From Myxococcota bacterium (GTDB taxonomy: Bacteria > Myxococcota_A > Polyangia > Nannocystales > Nannocystaceae), in assembly GCA_039028615.1 (NCBI GenBank), contig JBCCHT010000004.1, positions 96,001 to 160,000 of the forward strand: DNA of 64,000 bases, read 5' to 3'. This document shows, in pieces, positions 9,726 to 19,980 of this stretch (positions are counted from its first letter, which is position 1; every line of letters begins with the position of its first letter). The notes under the pieces are model-generated. The model was not told where the DNA came from. It saw only the letters and a program-made list of their open reading frames with translations, and searched no databases. The translations under genes and the position numbers were made by a program.

Positions 9726-12092
9726 TCAGCCTTCGACGGGAGGCGGCTTGAGGACCAACACGTCCTTGTTCTCGGTGGCCGTAGGCAATTTGTGCTCTTT
9801 GCCCTCCGAGTCATAGAGCGTGAGCGTGTACTGGAAGCTCCGACGATCGGGGTGCACGAGCCGGAAGCGCCAGGCCAGCGGCTTGTGGAACTCGGAGATG
9901 GTCATGGTGGTCTCCGCTCGCACTTCCGGCTCCTCTTCGTCCTGGAACTGGAGGTGCAAGGTGCCGAAGGTGAAGCGCCCCGGCGGGATGTTGAGCAGCG
10001 TGGGAATGACCTCGACGCGCACGCTGAACGGGTCACCCACCGTCAGGATGTTGGTGTCGGTCTTGCGCCACGCATCCTCGCGAACGACCCCGTCGGAGTA
10101 GACCGCCTTGACCTGGTACTCGTACTCGCGCCGCTGCGAGTCGACCAATGGCACGGCCCACCTCGCATTGTCACTCTCGCGTGACAAGGTGACGATCTCG
10201 TCGACCACGCGGTCGTCCTCGTACGTGTACTTCATCGCGACGAGCACCTGCGAGAGCAGGCCATCTTTGCCGAAGTTACCCGCCGGAACGATGATGACCT
10301 CGAGTTCGTCCTTGAGCGGAGAGTCGATGAGCAGCGTGCCACTCCGAGACTTCTGCTCCGGCAGCACGATGCGCTGATCGTCCTTGGTCCGCACCGTCAG
10401 CGTGTACGTGTAGGCCTGGTCGATCTTGTCACCGATGACCGCCGTCCACTCGTGGTTCTGGTTGTCCTCGTCGATCATGAACTGGGTCTCGTGCGCACTA
10501 CGGCCGCGGCCGTAGGCCATGTCGACCTGGATCTGCGCGATGCGATCCCAGTTGATGAGTCCCGCCTGGACGGCCACCTTGAGCACACCGAGCGAGTCGG
10601 TATCGAGCACCAGGATGGTCTCGTCGGTCGTGCCCTCGATGGTGTAGTTCTCGCTCGAGTCGCGGTAGAAGACCTCGATCTCGTAGTCGTAGGAGCGCTT
10701 CTTGACGTCGGCGAGATAGGTCAGGAAGTGCTTGGGGTTGGGGTCGTCGGCCCGGAACACGAAGTCCGCGACCTCGTTCTGGTTGCCCAGCTCGCCGGCC
10801 TCGTCGTAGTGCAGGTGCACCTTGACCAGGTCGACGGGGTCGCGGCTGAAGTCGGTGGTGCACAGCACCTCGACGTCGAGATACTTGTACCAGTCGTCCT
10901 CGAGCTCGACCTGAGCCCGGAACTCGGCCGGCTCGTGCCCGTCGAAGATGTTGGTGAGGTTGGCCTGCGGCCCCACCCTCCCCTCGAGCACCTTCTTCAT
11001 CTTGAAGGTGTGATTGAGGGTGGCGGACATGGACTGGTTCCAGTCCTTGAGCGAGTACTGGCTGATGCTGTCGCGGCCGTACTTCGTGTCGCCGTACTCG
11101 GGCAGGGACGTCTCGACCTCGGGGAGTTCCTCGGTCTCCGCCTGGACCGGCGTGTAGTCGAGAAACGCATCGGCCATGAACTCCGAGAGCATCGACTGCC
11201 CGGTGGTCATGAGCGTCTGCTCGGCGTCGGGATCGAGGGGAACACTGGGCGTGATCTTGACCCCCGAGAACTGGCTGGCCGAAGAGACCTCGCGCAGTAC
11301 GTCGCCCGCGCTCATCGACTGGTCGTGGCTATACGACACGGTGGTCGAGCTACCGCTGGTGCGACGGCTGAAGCTGGCGTTCTCTTGCAGGTCGTTCCAC
11401 TGCTCGTGGATCAGCGAATGGGTCTTCCGCGCATAGCACCACACCCGCATCTCGACCGCGTCGAGGCGGTGATGGAAGAGCAGATCGTAGTTGACCAAAA
11501 CGGCCGTCAGGTCGCGCTCGAAGGCCTCCCACAGCAAAACGGCGCCATCTTGGGTCAGCTTGGCCTGGAACGCGGCGCGCTGGTTGCCCGTCATGCTGGC
11601 CTTGCTCGAGCCCACCAGGCTGGCGACGAACTCGCCCTGGGTGTCCTCGTTCTCCGAGGACTCGCCGAGGATGCCGATGTTGACCGCCCCGTCGAGCACG
11701 GGGAGCCCGGTGAGCTTGAGGGCCTTGGCCAGCTCCTTGGGGTCCTCTTCGGCCTCGTCGATCCACCACTTGCGGGTCTTGTGGCTACGAGCCAGGCGCT
11801 TGTGCAGCACGGGGTCCTCGGACACCGTCTTGCGGATCTCGAGTTCCTGCTCGTCCGTCATGGTGAGCTCGACGGTCAACGACAAGATGCCGCCGCCGAG
11901 CTTGGTCTTGCGCTCTTCTTCCGTCAGCTCGCTGACGTCGCGCCGGTACCAAATCAAGGAGATGAGAGGTTTGCCGTCCGCGTCCTTCGCTACGGTGGGC
12001 GTGCCCGTCACCGTATAAAGGGTGAGCGGGTCCACATCGTCGGGATAGACGTTGCAATCGGCGATCGTTCGGAAGCCGGTCAGGGTGAGCAT
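9726..12092 (-). CDS. Paralog-array protein B (788 aa)
   Basis: Start reassigned to ATG 12092 (MLTLTGFRTIADCNVYPDD; RBS GAGG); GGGILSLTVEL and four C-terminal repeats. Confidence 0.9.
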   Translation of the reverse strand: MLTLTGFRTIADCNVYPDDVDPLTLYTVTGTPTVAKDADGKPLISLIWYRRDVSELTEEERKTKLGGGILSLTVELTMTDEQELEIRKTVSEDPVLHKRLARSHKTRKWWIDEAEEDPKELAKALKLTGLPVLDGAVNIGILGESSENEDTQGEFVASLVGSSKASMTGNQRAAFQAKLTQDGAVLLWEAFERDLTAVLVNYDLLFHHRLDAVEMRVWCYARKTHSLIHEQWNDLQENASFSRRTSGSSTTVSYSHDQSMSAGDVLREVSSASQFSGVKITPSVPLDPDAEQTLMTTGQSMLSEFMADAFLDYTPVQAETEELPEVETSLPEYGDTKYGRDSISQYSLKDWNQSMSATLNHTFKMKKVLEGRVGPQANLTNIFDGHEPAEFRAQVELEDDWYKYLDVEVLCTTDFSRDPVDLVKVHLHYDEAGELGNQNEVADFVFRADDPNPKHFLTYLADVKKRSYDYEIEVFYRDSSENYTIEGTTDETILVLDTDSLGVLKVAVQAGLINWDRIAQIQVDMAYGRGRSAHETQFMIDEDNQNHEWTAVIGDKIDQAYTYTLTVRTKDDQRIVLPEQKSRSGTLLIDSPLKDELEVIIVPAGNFGKDGLLSQVLVAMKYTYEDDRVVDEIVTLSRESDNARWAVPLVDSQRREYEYQVKAVYSDGVVREDAWRKTDTNILTVGDPFSVRVEVIPTLLNIPPGRFTFGTLHLQFQDEEEPEVRAETTMTISEFHKPLAWRFRLVHPDRRSFQYTLTLYDSEGKEHKLPTATENKDVLVLKPPPVEG

Positions 12093-12179
12093 TGCGCCCT
12101 CTTGCTGGTTGTCGCGCGGAGTCGACCCTAGGCCAACCCGCGATTGGGGACTCCACCCTGTCACGGGGGGAGATGCGGA

Positions 12180-13031
12180 TCAAGCGACAGTTGCCGCCCT
12201 CTCATACGACCACGGCGTCCTCAAACTGACAGCCCTCCACGATCGATGCGTGGAGTCGACCCCCCACGCCAAAAAATCGAACCAGCTTCCGCCCTGTCGG
12301 GGTCCCAAACTACGTACGGCCGCAAGTGCACGCTCGAACGCGTCGCGTTCGGTCGCGGGCAAGGACGCGCTCCACCCTTCGCGAATCTCGTCGTCGGGTG
12401 GCAGTGCGGTGTGATCGGCATAGGCGGTGAGGCTCGTGCCCCCCGACTTCTCGGTGCGCAGGCTGATTCCCAGGTATCCGCGATGCCCGACCGGTCGAAC
12501 TTCGGGGCGCGGCAACGTAAGGCTCAATGAACGCTCACCGGCCTCGTGCAAGGCCTCCCAGGTCGGCTGGCCGGCCCAATGCCCGTACACCTCGGGCTCC
12601 GGCCACAATGCGGCCATCAGCGGTCGCAAATGGGGCCGCAAGTCGGCCGGAACGTCGACCTCTTCGGGAATGCGAGCCATGCGATGATAGCCCCGCACCG
12701 TCACCTCCCCCTGCACATTCAGCCGAACACCGATGGTGTCCGGGGGACCCCACGGGTGATCATCCAAGCCCAAGGCTCGCGCCAGCTCGCGCCGGTGTTT
12801 CGGTGCCGCGAATGTGATGCGCGGCAACACGACCGACGCCGGACAACCCACCACCACCTCGAATGGAATCGCGCCCACTTCGAGGGCCCGCAGGCAGGCA
12901 CTCAACAGCCGGTTTCGCGGCTCCACCTCTTCCACCAAGCATTGAAGTAGCAGCTCGCATGCGGTATCTCGAAGCTCGCTTTGTGCCGCGCCATTCGTTG
13001 GGCGCGAAGGCGAGTTTGTTGCTTCATCCAA
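12180..13031 (-). CDS. Hypothetical protein with weak ABBA/DMATS prenyltransferase-like pattern
   Basis: Only long ORF filling the B-C gap; weaker codon bias; start uncertain; PFEVVVG..PRITF, IGVRLN..G..TVRGY, LGISL...LTAY. Confidence 0.5.
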   Translation of the reverse strand: MDEATNSPSRPTNGAAQSELRDTACELLLQCLVEEVEPRNRLLSACLRALEVGAIPFEVVVGCPASVVLPRITFAAPKHRRELARALGLDDHPWGPPDTIGVRLNVQGEVTVRGYHRMARIPEEVDVPADLRPHLRPLMAALWPEPEVYGHWAGQPTWEALHEAGERSLSLTLPRPEVRPVGHRGYLGISLRTEKSGGTSLTAYADHTALPPDDEIREGWSASLPATERDAFERALAAVRSLGPRQGGSWFDFLAWGVDSTHRSWRAVSLRTPWSYERAATVA

Positions 13032-13041
13032 GGGAACCTCG

Positions 13042-15291
13042 ATGCTCACACTTGTCCGCTCATTGATGATCGAAGGGTACACCGTTTTCCGAGACGACGC
13101 CGTTCCGCACCGGTTCTACGTGATGCCGAGCGACCCAACGATCGCGCGTGACGAAGACGGTGTCCCCATCTTCTCCCTCATCGTCTATCGCCACGACGAA
13201 GACCGCATCGCGCCCGAAGACCTCGAAGAAGATGTCGGCGGCGGCATCCTGACCTTCACCACCGAGCTCGCCGTCCCCGAGGGGGACTTCAAGAAGATCC
13301 GCAGCAAGCTCCGTGGTCTGGTCTACGGCGAGGACGCGGACGAGAGCGAGAACGACGTCGAGCTGACCTACGTCACCTTCACCAAGGGGCGGGTCCAGCT
13401 GGCCATCGCGGGTGAGCACCTGCGAGGCGACGACGAGGGCGAGAACAACGAGTTCCTCCGCACCATCGTCGGCGACGGCAAGGTCAGCGGCATCGGGGCC
13501 AACCGCAAGGCCATCATGGCCAAGCTGAGCCAGTCGGGCGCTGCCCTCATGTCTCAGCTCGACAGGCTCCGCACGTTGCCCATCAACGTCGAGTACGCCC
13601 TCGAGTTCGAGCACCGCCTCATGGGCGTCAAGATGCGCGTGTGGTGCAACATGGAGTCCTCCTACACCCTGGTACGGGAGCTGGAGGCCTACACCGAGAA
13701 GGAAGAGCGCTACGCCGACTCCGACAAGTACCACCGGCGCAGCCGCATCAAAGAGGTCACCGAGGAGTTCACCCGCAACAAGACCTGCGGCGTCGAGGTC
13801 ACGCCGCTGTCCTCCGAGATCGACAACGACACCTTGCTCGCCATGGAGAAGTTCGGCTTCGACATGCTCCAGCGCGAGATGGAGAAGATGCTCGACGCCC
13901 GCCCCGTCGACAACAACCTCCTCGAGGACACCTGGCTCTCGGACTACGTCTCGAGTTCCACCAACGACTTCAACTTCGAGCTCGACCGCAAGATGGTGCT
14001 GGCCCGCGATCACATCGCCTCGGCCAACATCCAAAACGTCATGCGCGACGTGCCCGACGAGATGATCACCTTCGTCGATCTGCGCACGGACTTCTTCAGC
14101 TTCCTGAAGGTCCCCGTGCGGGTCAACGCGAACTTCGAAGACCTGCCCATCGACTCGGTCACCGTCCACCTCACCTACACGCGCGAGCGCTTCGAGGGTG
14201 GCGGGCGCGAGGAGATCAACGAGAGCTTCAACTTCACCGACGGCTCCACGATCCAGACCTTCCTGACCTTCGCCAATCGGCTCGCCGACGTCGACTACAC
14301 GTGGTCGGCCGACGTGCACTACACCGACTCGCCCGAGACCTACACCATCACGCCCAAGAGCACGAGCCAGACCTTCCTGGTGGTCGACGTGGCCGACCTC
14401 GGGCTGCTCGACGTCGACCTCGGCCTCGGCCTGGTCGACCTCAAGACCTACCCCCGGGCCAAGGTCACCCTGCGCTACCGCTCCGAGGCACTCGGTCAGG
14501 ACTTCGAGAGCGAGATCATCCTCTCCGAGGAACGTCAGACCGCTCAGTGGACCGAGATGATCCGCGAGGTCCCGGGCGAGTACGAGGTCAAGGTCGACTG
14601 GCTGCGTGACAACGACGACATCCTCGAGGGCGAGTTCCGCAAGACCAAGGCCGACCGCCTGCGCTTCGATGCGCCCACCGAAGACACCATGAAGGTCACC
14701 GTGGTGCCCAGTGGTGACTTCAAGAAGGAAGTCACCCACGTGCTCGCGACCCTGCGCTACGAGGACAAGACCGACCCGGACAACCCCTACACCAAGGAGG
14801 AGGCCTTCGACTTCACCGACGACAAGCAGGTGCTGACCTGGTCGGTCCCCATGCGCAACTCCGAAGTGCGCGACTACACCTACCGCTACTCGGTGGTGTT
14901 CAAGGACGGCGTCGTCGAGAACGTGCCCGAAGACCCCACCCAGTGGCTCCCCGGCGAGCCCGGCTTCGTGGTGGTGGGCATCAAGTACGACGTCGAGGTC
15001 GACATCCACCCCTTCCTGCTCAGCTTCCCCGACCACGCCAAGGTGGTGAAGGTCGACCTGGGCGTGGGCGACGAGACCGACAGCTACGTCTTCAACAAGG
15101 ACGCCAAGACCACGGTCACTTGGCGGGTCCGTACGGGTACCGGGCCCGAGCCCTACTGGATGCAGGTCACCGCCTACTCCGCCACGGGCGAGACCACGGT
15201 CGGGCCCAAGCTCACCGAGCAGGTCAGCGAGTCCGTGGTGCTCAAGCCCGTCCCCGCGCCGCCGGCCGAACCGGCCGACGACGGCGAGTAG
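13042..15291 (+). CDS. Paralog-array protein C (749 aa)
   Basis: RBS AAGGGA; MLTLVRSLMIEGYTVFRDD..FYVMP; GGGILTFTTEL; strongly acidic. Confidence 0.92.
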   Translation: MLTLVRSLMIEGYTVFRDDAVPHRFYVMPSDPTIARDEDGVPIFSLIVYRHDEDRIAPEDLEEDVGGGILTFTTELAVPEGDFKKIRSKLRGLVYGEDADESENDVELTYVTFTKGRVQLAIAGEHLRGDDEGENNEFLRTIVGDGKVSGIGANRKAIMAKLSQSGAALMSQLDRLRTLPINVEYALEFEHRLMGVKMRVWCNMESSYTLVRELEAYTEKEERYADSDKYHRRSRIKEVTEEFTRNKTCGVEVTPLSSEIDNDTLLAMEKFGFDMLQREMEKMLDARPVDNNLLEDTWLSDYVSSSTNDFNFELDRKMVLARDHIASANIQNVMRDVPDEMITFVDLRTDFFSFLKVPVRVNANFEDLPIDSVTVHLTYTRERFEGGGREEINESFNFTDGSTIQTFLTFANRLADVDYTWSADVHYTDSPETYTITPKSTSQTFLVVDVADLGLLDVDLGLGLVDLKTYPRAKVTLRYRSEALGQDFESEIILSEERQTAQWTEMIREVPGEYEVKVDWLRDNDDILEGEFRKTKADRLRFDAPTEDTMKVTVVPSGDFKKEVTHVLATLRYEDKTDPDNPYTKEEAFDFTDDKQVLTWSVPMRNSEVRDYTYRYSVVFKDGVVENVPEDPTQWLPGEPGFVVVGIKYDVEVDIHPFLLSFPDHAKVVKVDLGVGDETDSYVFNKDAKTTVTWRVRTGTGPEPYWMQVTAYSATGETTVGPKLTEQVSESVVLKPVPAPPAEPADDGE

Positions 15292-15294
15292 GCC

Positions 15295-17436
15295 ATGCTC
15301 GACCTCTCCCATCCCGTGCGTCGGATGGCCGGGGTCGACCTGGCCCAGGACACCTCGCTCCGCGACACCTGGTACATCCTGCCCGCACCGCCCTCGGTGG
15401 TGCGGGTGGATGGCGTGCCGCAGGTTCGGCTGCTGAAGATCGTCCGCGATGGCGAGCTGAGCCAGGGTGACCTGCACCTGCGGGTCTCGCTGGCGTGGCC
15501 CTCCGCGGCGCTCGAGGAGGCCAAGACCCTGCTCTCCGAGGAGGCGCACCGCGAGGTCACCCTACTGCCGCTGCCCGTAGTCGCAGCCGAGACCGAGGTC
15601 ATCTTCGCCGGCCGCGAGCCGGTCGACGATGGCGAGATTTCCCCCTTCGAGGTCCGCCGCTACGGCCAGACGCAGCCGCGACTCGATGCCCCCCACGTGG
15701 CCGCGCTGTCGACCACCCTCACCGCCGACGGCACCCGGCTCTTCGACGCCGCGCTGCGCGAGGGCGGTGCCCCCATCGGGGTGACCTACCGGCTGCAGAC
15801 CGAGGCGCTGCGGCCCGGCATGCAGCTGGCCGCCCGGGTCGACTGGGGCCGAACCTACGACCACTTCTCGTCGCATACCCGCACGGGAGGCTTCGTCTAC
15901 ACCGAAGACGTCCGCGAGCTAGTCGAGGAACTCGTCGAGAACAAGGTCGTGCAGATCACCGCGGTGACCGCCCTGGGCGAAGATGGCGAGGCCGGCACCG
16001 AGGCGCTCAATACCGCCTTGGCGTGGGTCCAGCGACAAGTGGTCGAGCGCTTCTGTACCCCGGTCATGGAGCTGCGGCGCGAGCCGGCTCGGGTCTCGCT
16101 GGGCACGGTGGGCGAAATCTTCAAGGTCGGGCACGCCCACAAGGTCAAGAAGCTCACCCAGATCGAGCATGCGGTGGCCGAGATGCGGCTCGACGTCGCC
16201 ACCGTGGTCAAGCGGACGTTGTTGACCCAGACGCACCTCGCCGACCTGCTCGGGGACGTGAACGTCGACGAACACATCGAGCAGGCCGAGCCCGACCATC
16301 CCTTCTTCAAGCGCTTCGACCTGCGGGTTCGCACCGCGCGGGCGCTCAGCGACCTGGGCGCCACCGAGTTCGCCGGCGAGTGGCACTACGGCGATCGCCA
16401 GGTGCCCCTGCGGCTGACCGCCGAGGAACCCGAGGCCGAGGTCTCCACCTGGCGCGACGAGTCGGACGAGGCCAAGTGGGCGCTGGTCGGCCAGGTCACC
16501 TTCGGCGACGAGGCAGCCGTGCACGCCACCGAGTCGGTCACCCTGCCCCCCATCGAGGCCGAGGGGCACGAGCTCACCGTCGACCTGGCCGCGCTGCTGG
16601 GCCTGCACACCCTCGAGGTGACCACGACCCTCGATCCCGAGCGGGTGCTCGCCACTCGGGCCCGGGTCCAGCACATGCGGGGCGAGGATGTTCAGGGCGA
16701 GCGCGAGCTGGTGTTCACCTCCGAAGACCGGGCCACCGCCACCTTCGCCGGGGTCCAGATGGGCGATCGTTTCGAGGCCAGCTGGAGCTGGCTGCTCGCC
16801 TCGGGCCGCATGCTCGAGGCCTCCCCCGTCACCGTCGACACGCGGCTGCTGCGAATCCCTCGCCCCTTCGCCGAGCGCTTCACCGTGCAGCTCATCAGCG
16901 CCGACGACTGGACCGACCTCGAGCGGCTGATCGTGCACGTCAGCAAGACGGTGGATGGGCCCGGACACACCGTCATCTTCGACGGACCGGGGCAGTTCCG
17001 CGCCGTGGCTCTCGACCTGCCCGACCCCTCCGATCGCAGCTTCCAGTACCGCGTGCAGCGGGTGTGGAGCGACGGACGCGAACAGGAAGATCAGTTCGTC
17101 CAGACCGATGTTCCCGTGGTGCTGGTCGGCGGCACGCCCATCGACCGCCTGGTCGTCGATTTCGAGCCCCTGGGCTCGGAGCTGACCACGGCGGGCATCC
17201 ACATGGTGAAGATCGAGCTGATGTACATCGACGTCGCCAATCAGCTGCGGCACCAGGGCGAGCTGGAGATTCGGGCCATCGCCGACCGGCCCCGTTGGGA
17301 CGTGCAGCTGGCCGACCCCACCCGGCGCAACTACGAGTACCGCATCACCACCTACCGGCAGTCCGGTGAGGTCCAGGTCGGCGAGTGGAAAGAGACGGCC
17401 GAGAGGCTCGTCGTGGTGCCCATCGTGCCGGAGTAG
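15295..17436 (+). CDS. Paralog-array protein D (713 aa)
   Basis: 3 bp after C; MLDLSHP..WYILPAPP..GVPQVRLLK; PIGVTY.L...ALRP; HPFF. Confidence 0.9.
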   Translation: MLDLSHPVRRMAGVDLAQDTSLRDTWYILPAPPSVVRVDGVPQVRLLKIVRDGELSQGDLHLRVSLAWPSAALEEAKTLLSEEAHREVTLLPLPVVAAETEVIFAGREPVDDGEISPFEVRRYGQTQPRLDAPHVAALSTTLTADGTRLFDAALREGGAPIGVTYRLQTEALRPGMQLAARVDWGRTYDHFSSHTRTGGFVYTEDVRELVEELVENKVVQITAVTALGEDGEAGTEALNTALAWVQRQVVERFCTPVMELRREPARVSLGTVGEIFKVGHAHKVKKLTQIEHAVAEMRLDVATVVKRTLLTQTHLADLLGDVNVDEHIEQAEPDHPFFKRFDLRVRTARALSDLGATEFAGEWHYGDRQVPLRLTAEEPEAEVSTWRDESDEAKWALVGQVTFGDEAAVHATESVTLPPIEAEGHELTVDLAALLGLHTLEVTTTLDPERVLATRARVQHMRGEDVQGERELVFTSEDRATATFAGVQMGDRFEASWSWLLASGRMLEASPVTVDTRLLRIPRPFAERFTVQLISADDWTDLERLIVHVSKTVDGPGHTVIFDGPGQFRAVALDLPDPSDRSFQYRVQRVWSDGREQEDQFVQTDVPVVLVGGTPIDRLVVDFEPLGSELTTAGIHMVKIELMYIDVANQLRHQGELEIRAIADRPRWDVQLADPTRRNYEYRITTYRQSGEVQVGEWKETAERLVVVPIVPE

Positions 17437-17624
17437 GCCGGCACTCACGGGGGCCGGTTCCCCCCGCATCGAAACGCCGGCTTGAGGTACCATCGACGCT
17501 GCCCCCAAACCGGCGCTCTTGTCAGACGGGCTCGTCGAAACCCGTAACAATCTGGCAGCGCCACTGCCCGTGGCGTGGTCGCTTCACGCCCGCACATCGC
17601 TCGGACACGAGCCCAAGGGAACCG

Positions 17625-19967
17625 ATGCTCAATCTACTGGACCGTCAGACCATCGAGGACCTCACCGTCTACCGCGACGACCAGGACGTTCGGAAGTTCT
17701 ACGCACTGCCCGATACGCCCACCATCGACAAAGATCGTCAGGGACGCCCGAGCTTCCTGTTCGTCAAGTACGTCGATGACCGCCGCAACGTCGCCGAGGA
17801 AGACGAGAAGAACGGCGCCTACACCCAGATGCGCGCCACCCTGGGCATCGACGCGGAGCGGACCGAGCGGGTCATGAACCACCTGCGCGAGCAGCTGGTC
17901 GAAGAAAAGCGCAAGGGCATCAAACCCTTCGGCAAGAAGATCCAGAGCACCGAGCCCCTGCTCGCGCGGCCCGACTGGACCGAGGGCGCCGTGACGCTGT
18001 CGACCTTCTCCGCCAGCGAGGACGGCATGGTGCGCTCGGTGGCGGGCAGCCAAAAGCCCGACCTCTCGGGCGACCTGGGGGCCGCGTTCGCCCTCGAGCT
18101 CGACCCGGCCGGCGCCGCGATCTTCTGGGACGCCTTCGAGTCCGGCAACGTGCCGATCGTCCTGTCCTACGAGCTCACCTACAAGGCGCGGGTCCCTGCC
18201 GCCAAGATGGTCATTCACGCCGAGCGCGAGAAGGTCCAGGAGGCGATCTACACCCATACCCGCCCCTACGTGTTCAAGCCCGCCCGCAAGCGCTACGTGG
18301 CCCTGGCGCGGCAAGTGATCAACCGCGGCGTCATGGCCACGCTGCGGCAGACCCACGGCAAGCTGCTCAAGTTCATGGTGCCGCGCAAGCAGATCAAGAC
18401 TGCGGTCACCAACACCATCGACGTGAAGATCACCTTCGGCGAGGGCGGAGGCGACACCGAGGTCCGCGAGAAGCTGATGGAGATCGCCAGCGATATGCTG
18501 TCGAACAACATCATTCCCGCCTTCTTCGCCGGCAACCAGGTCCTCGACCAGATCACCGACGTCGAGGAGGGCGAGGACCTGCTCGAGCTCAAGGACGACA
18601 TCGAAGAGTCGCTCGAGCCCTTCCACATCGAGCTGTCCGAGGAGGTCGCGGTCGACCGCAACTCCAACCCCAGCGGCATCATCCAGATGCTGCTCACCGA
18701 AGAAGAGCGCCAGCTCGCGTTCCGCGAGGTCCCGCTCTCCGACCCCTTCTTCGAGCAGCTCGACGTCACCACCCGCACCGCCGGGGTCCAGTTCGAGCGC
18801 GATGGCATCGACTCGATCCACGTGTTCCTCGAGTACGACCACACCGACGCCAAGACGGGCGAGCGGGTGTTCTTCAACGACGACGCCGTGCTCACGGGCG
18901 ACGACGAGGAGCTCACCTTCCACGTCGAGCGACTCGCCCGCGACGCCGACGGCAACGCGATCACCCACTATCGCATCCGCACCGAGATCCACTACCGCGT
19001 CGACTTGCCCAAGAGCGTCGGTCGCTGGGTCAAGCAGCAGCAGCGCCAGGTCATCGTCGCGCCGCGGGCCCTCGGCGCCATCCGGGTGGAGCTCAAGCTC
19101 ACCGCCCGGCCCGAGACGGTCGAGGCGGCCGAGGTGCACCTGGCCTATCGCTCGGGCGCCGGTCAGGTCATCGAGCGCACCATCACGCTGACCGGCGACG
19201 AGCCCAACCAGTCGTGGTTCCAGTTCACGGGCGACTTCGAGGAGCAGGGCATCGAGCCCACCTACCGCTACCGGGTCACGTGGATCCTGCCCGGCGGTGC
19301 CCGCCTCGAGAGCGAGACCCGGGCCGAGACCCGCGACGTGCTCGAGATCGGCAGCCCCTTCACCACCCCGCTCGAGTTCACCGTGCGCCCCGAGGGCAGC
19401 ATGGAAGGCGTCGCCGAGATCGCGGGCGAGCTGCACTACCACGACACCCGCCACGACTACAGCATCGTGCGCAGCTTCAGCCTGACCAAGCTCTCCTCCG
19501 AGGAGGTGGTCAACGTCCCCGCCATCGAGGGAGGCCCTCGCACTGCCACCGTCGAGGGGCGCATCGTCTACGAGGACGGCGCCCACGACGAGCTCACGGC
19601 GCGAGAGGTCGAGCCGGGCACCGTATGGCTCGGCGTGTCGGTGCGGCAGTGGCTGACGATCTACGTGCAGCCCTTCGAGGCCGACTTCGAAAACGACCTC
19701 CGCATCGCGGCGCTGCTCATCACCTATACGCACGCCGACGGTCGGGTCGAGCGCAGCCCACCGCTCAACTTCCTCAAGAACGGCCCCAACCCGACCATGG
19801 ACACCACCGAGTGGAAGGTCGCACTGTCCGAGGGAGACCCGCAGACCTTCTCATACACGGTGCGCTACATCGGCTACGACGGCCGCAGCGACAACGTCGC
19901 CCACGACGACGTGTCCGACACCATGATCTGGCTCAAGCGCCCTGCCGCGCCCGACTCCCCCACCTGA
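17625..19967 (+). CDS. Paralog-array protein E (780 aa)
   Basis: Start reassigned to ATG 17625 (MLNLLDRQTIEDLTVYRDD..FYALP; RBS AAGGGA); DPFF; four repeats. Confidence 0.9.
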   Translation: MLNLLDRQTIEDLTVYRDDQDVRKFYALPDTPTIDKDRQGRPSFLFVKYVDDRRNVAEEDEKNGAYTQMRATLGIDAERTERVMNHLREQLVEEKRKGIKPFGKKIQSTEPLLARPDWTEGAVTLSTFSASEDGMVRSVAGSQKPDLSGDLGAAFALELDPAGAAIFWDAFESGNVPIVLSYELTYKARVPAAKMVIHAEREKVQEAIYTHTRPYVFKPARKRYVALARQVINRGVMATLRQTHGKLLKFMVPRKQIKTAVTNTIDVKITFGEGGGDTEVREKLMEIASDMLSNNIIPAFFAGNQVLDQITDVEEGEDLLELKDDIEESLEPFHIELSEEVAVDRNSNPSGIIQMLLTEEERQLAFREVPLSDPFFEQLDVTTRTAGVQFERDGIDSIHVFLEYDHTDAKTGERVFFNDDAVLTGDDEELTFHVERLARDADGNAITHYRIRTEIHYRVDLPKSVGRWVKQQQRQVIVAPRALGAIRVELKLTARPETVEAAEVHLAYRSGAGQVIERTITLTGDEPNQSWFQFTGDFEEQGIEPTYRYRVTWILPGGARLESETRAETRDVLEIGSPFTTPLEFTVRPEGSMEGVAEIAGELHYHDTRHDYSIVRSFSLTKLSSEEVVNVPAIEGGPRTATVEGRIVYEDGAHDELTAREVEPGTVWLGVSVRQWLTIYVQPFEADFENDLRIAALLITYTHADGRVERSPPLNFLKNGPNPTMDTTEWKVALSEGDPQTFSYTVRYIGYDGRSDNVAHDDVSDTMIWLKRPAAPDSPT

Positions 19968-19980
19968 AAGACGAAACGCC

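Noticed and set aside
17448..17466. GC hairpin after paralog D as a terminator
   Set aside because: Only a 6-bp stem with no U-tract; expected by chance at this GC content
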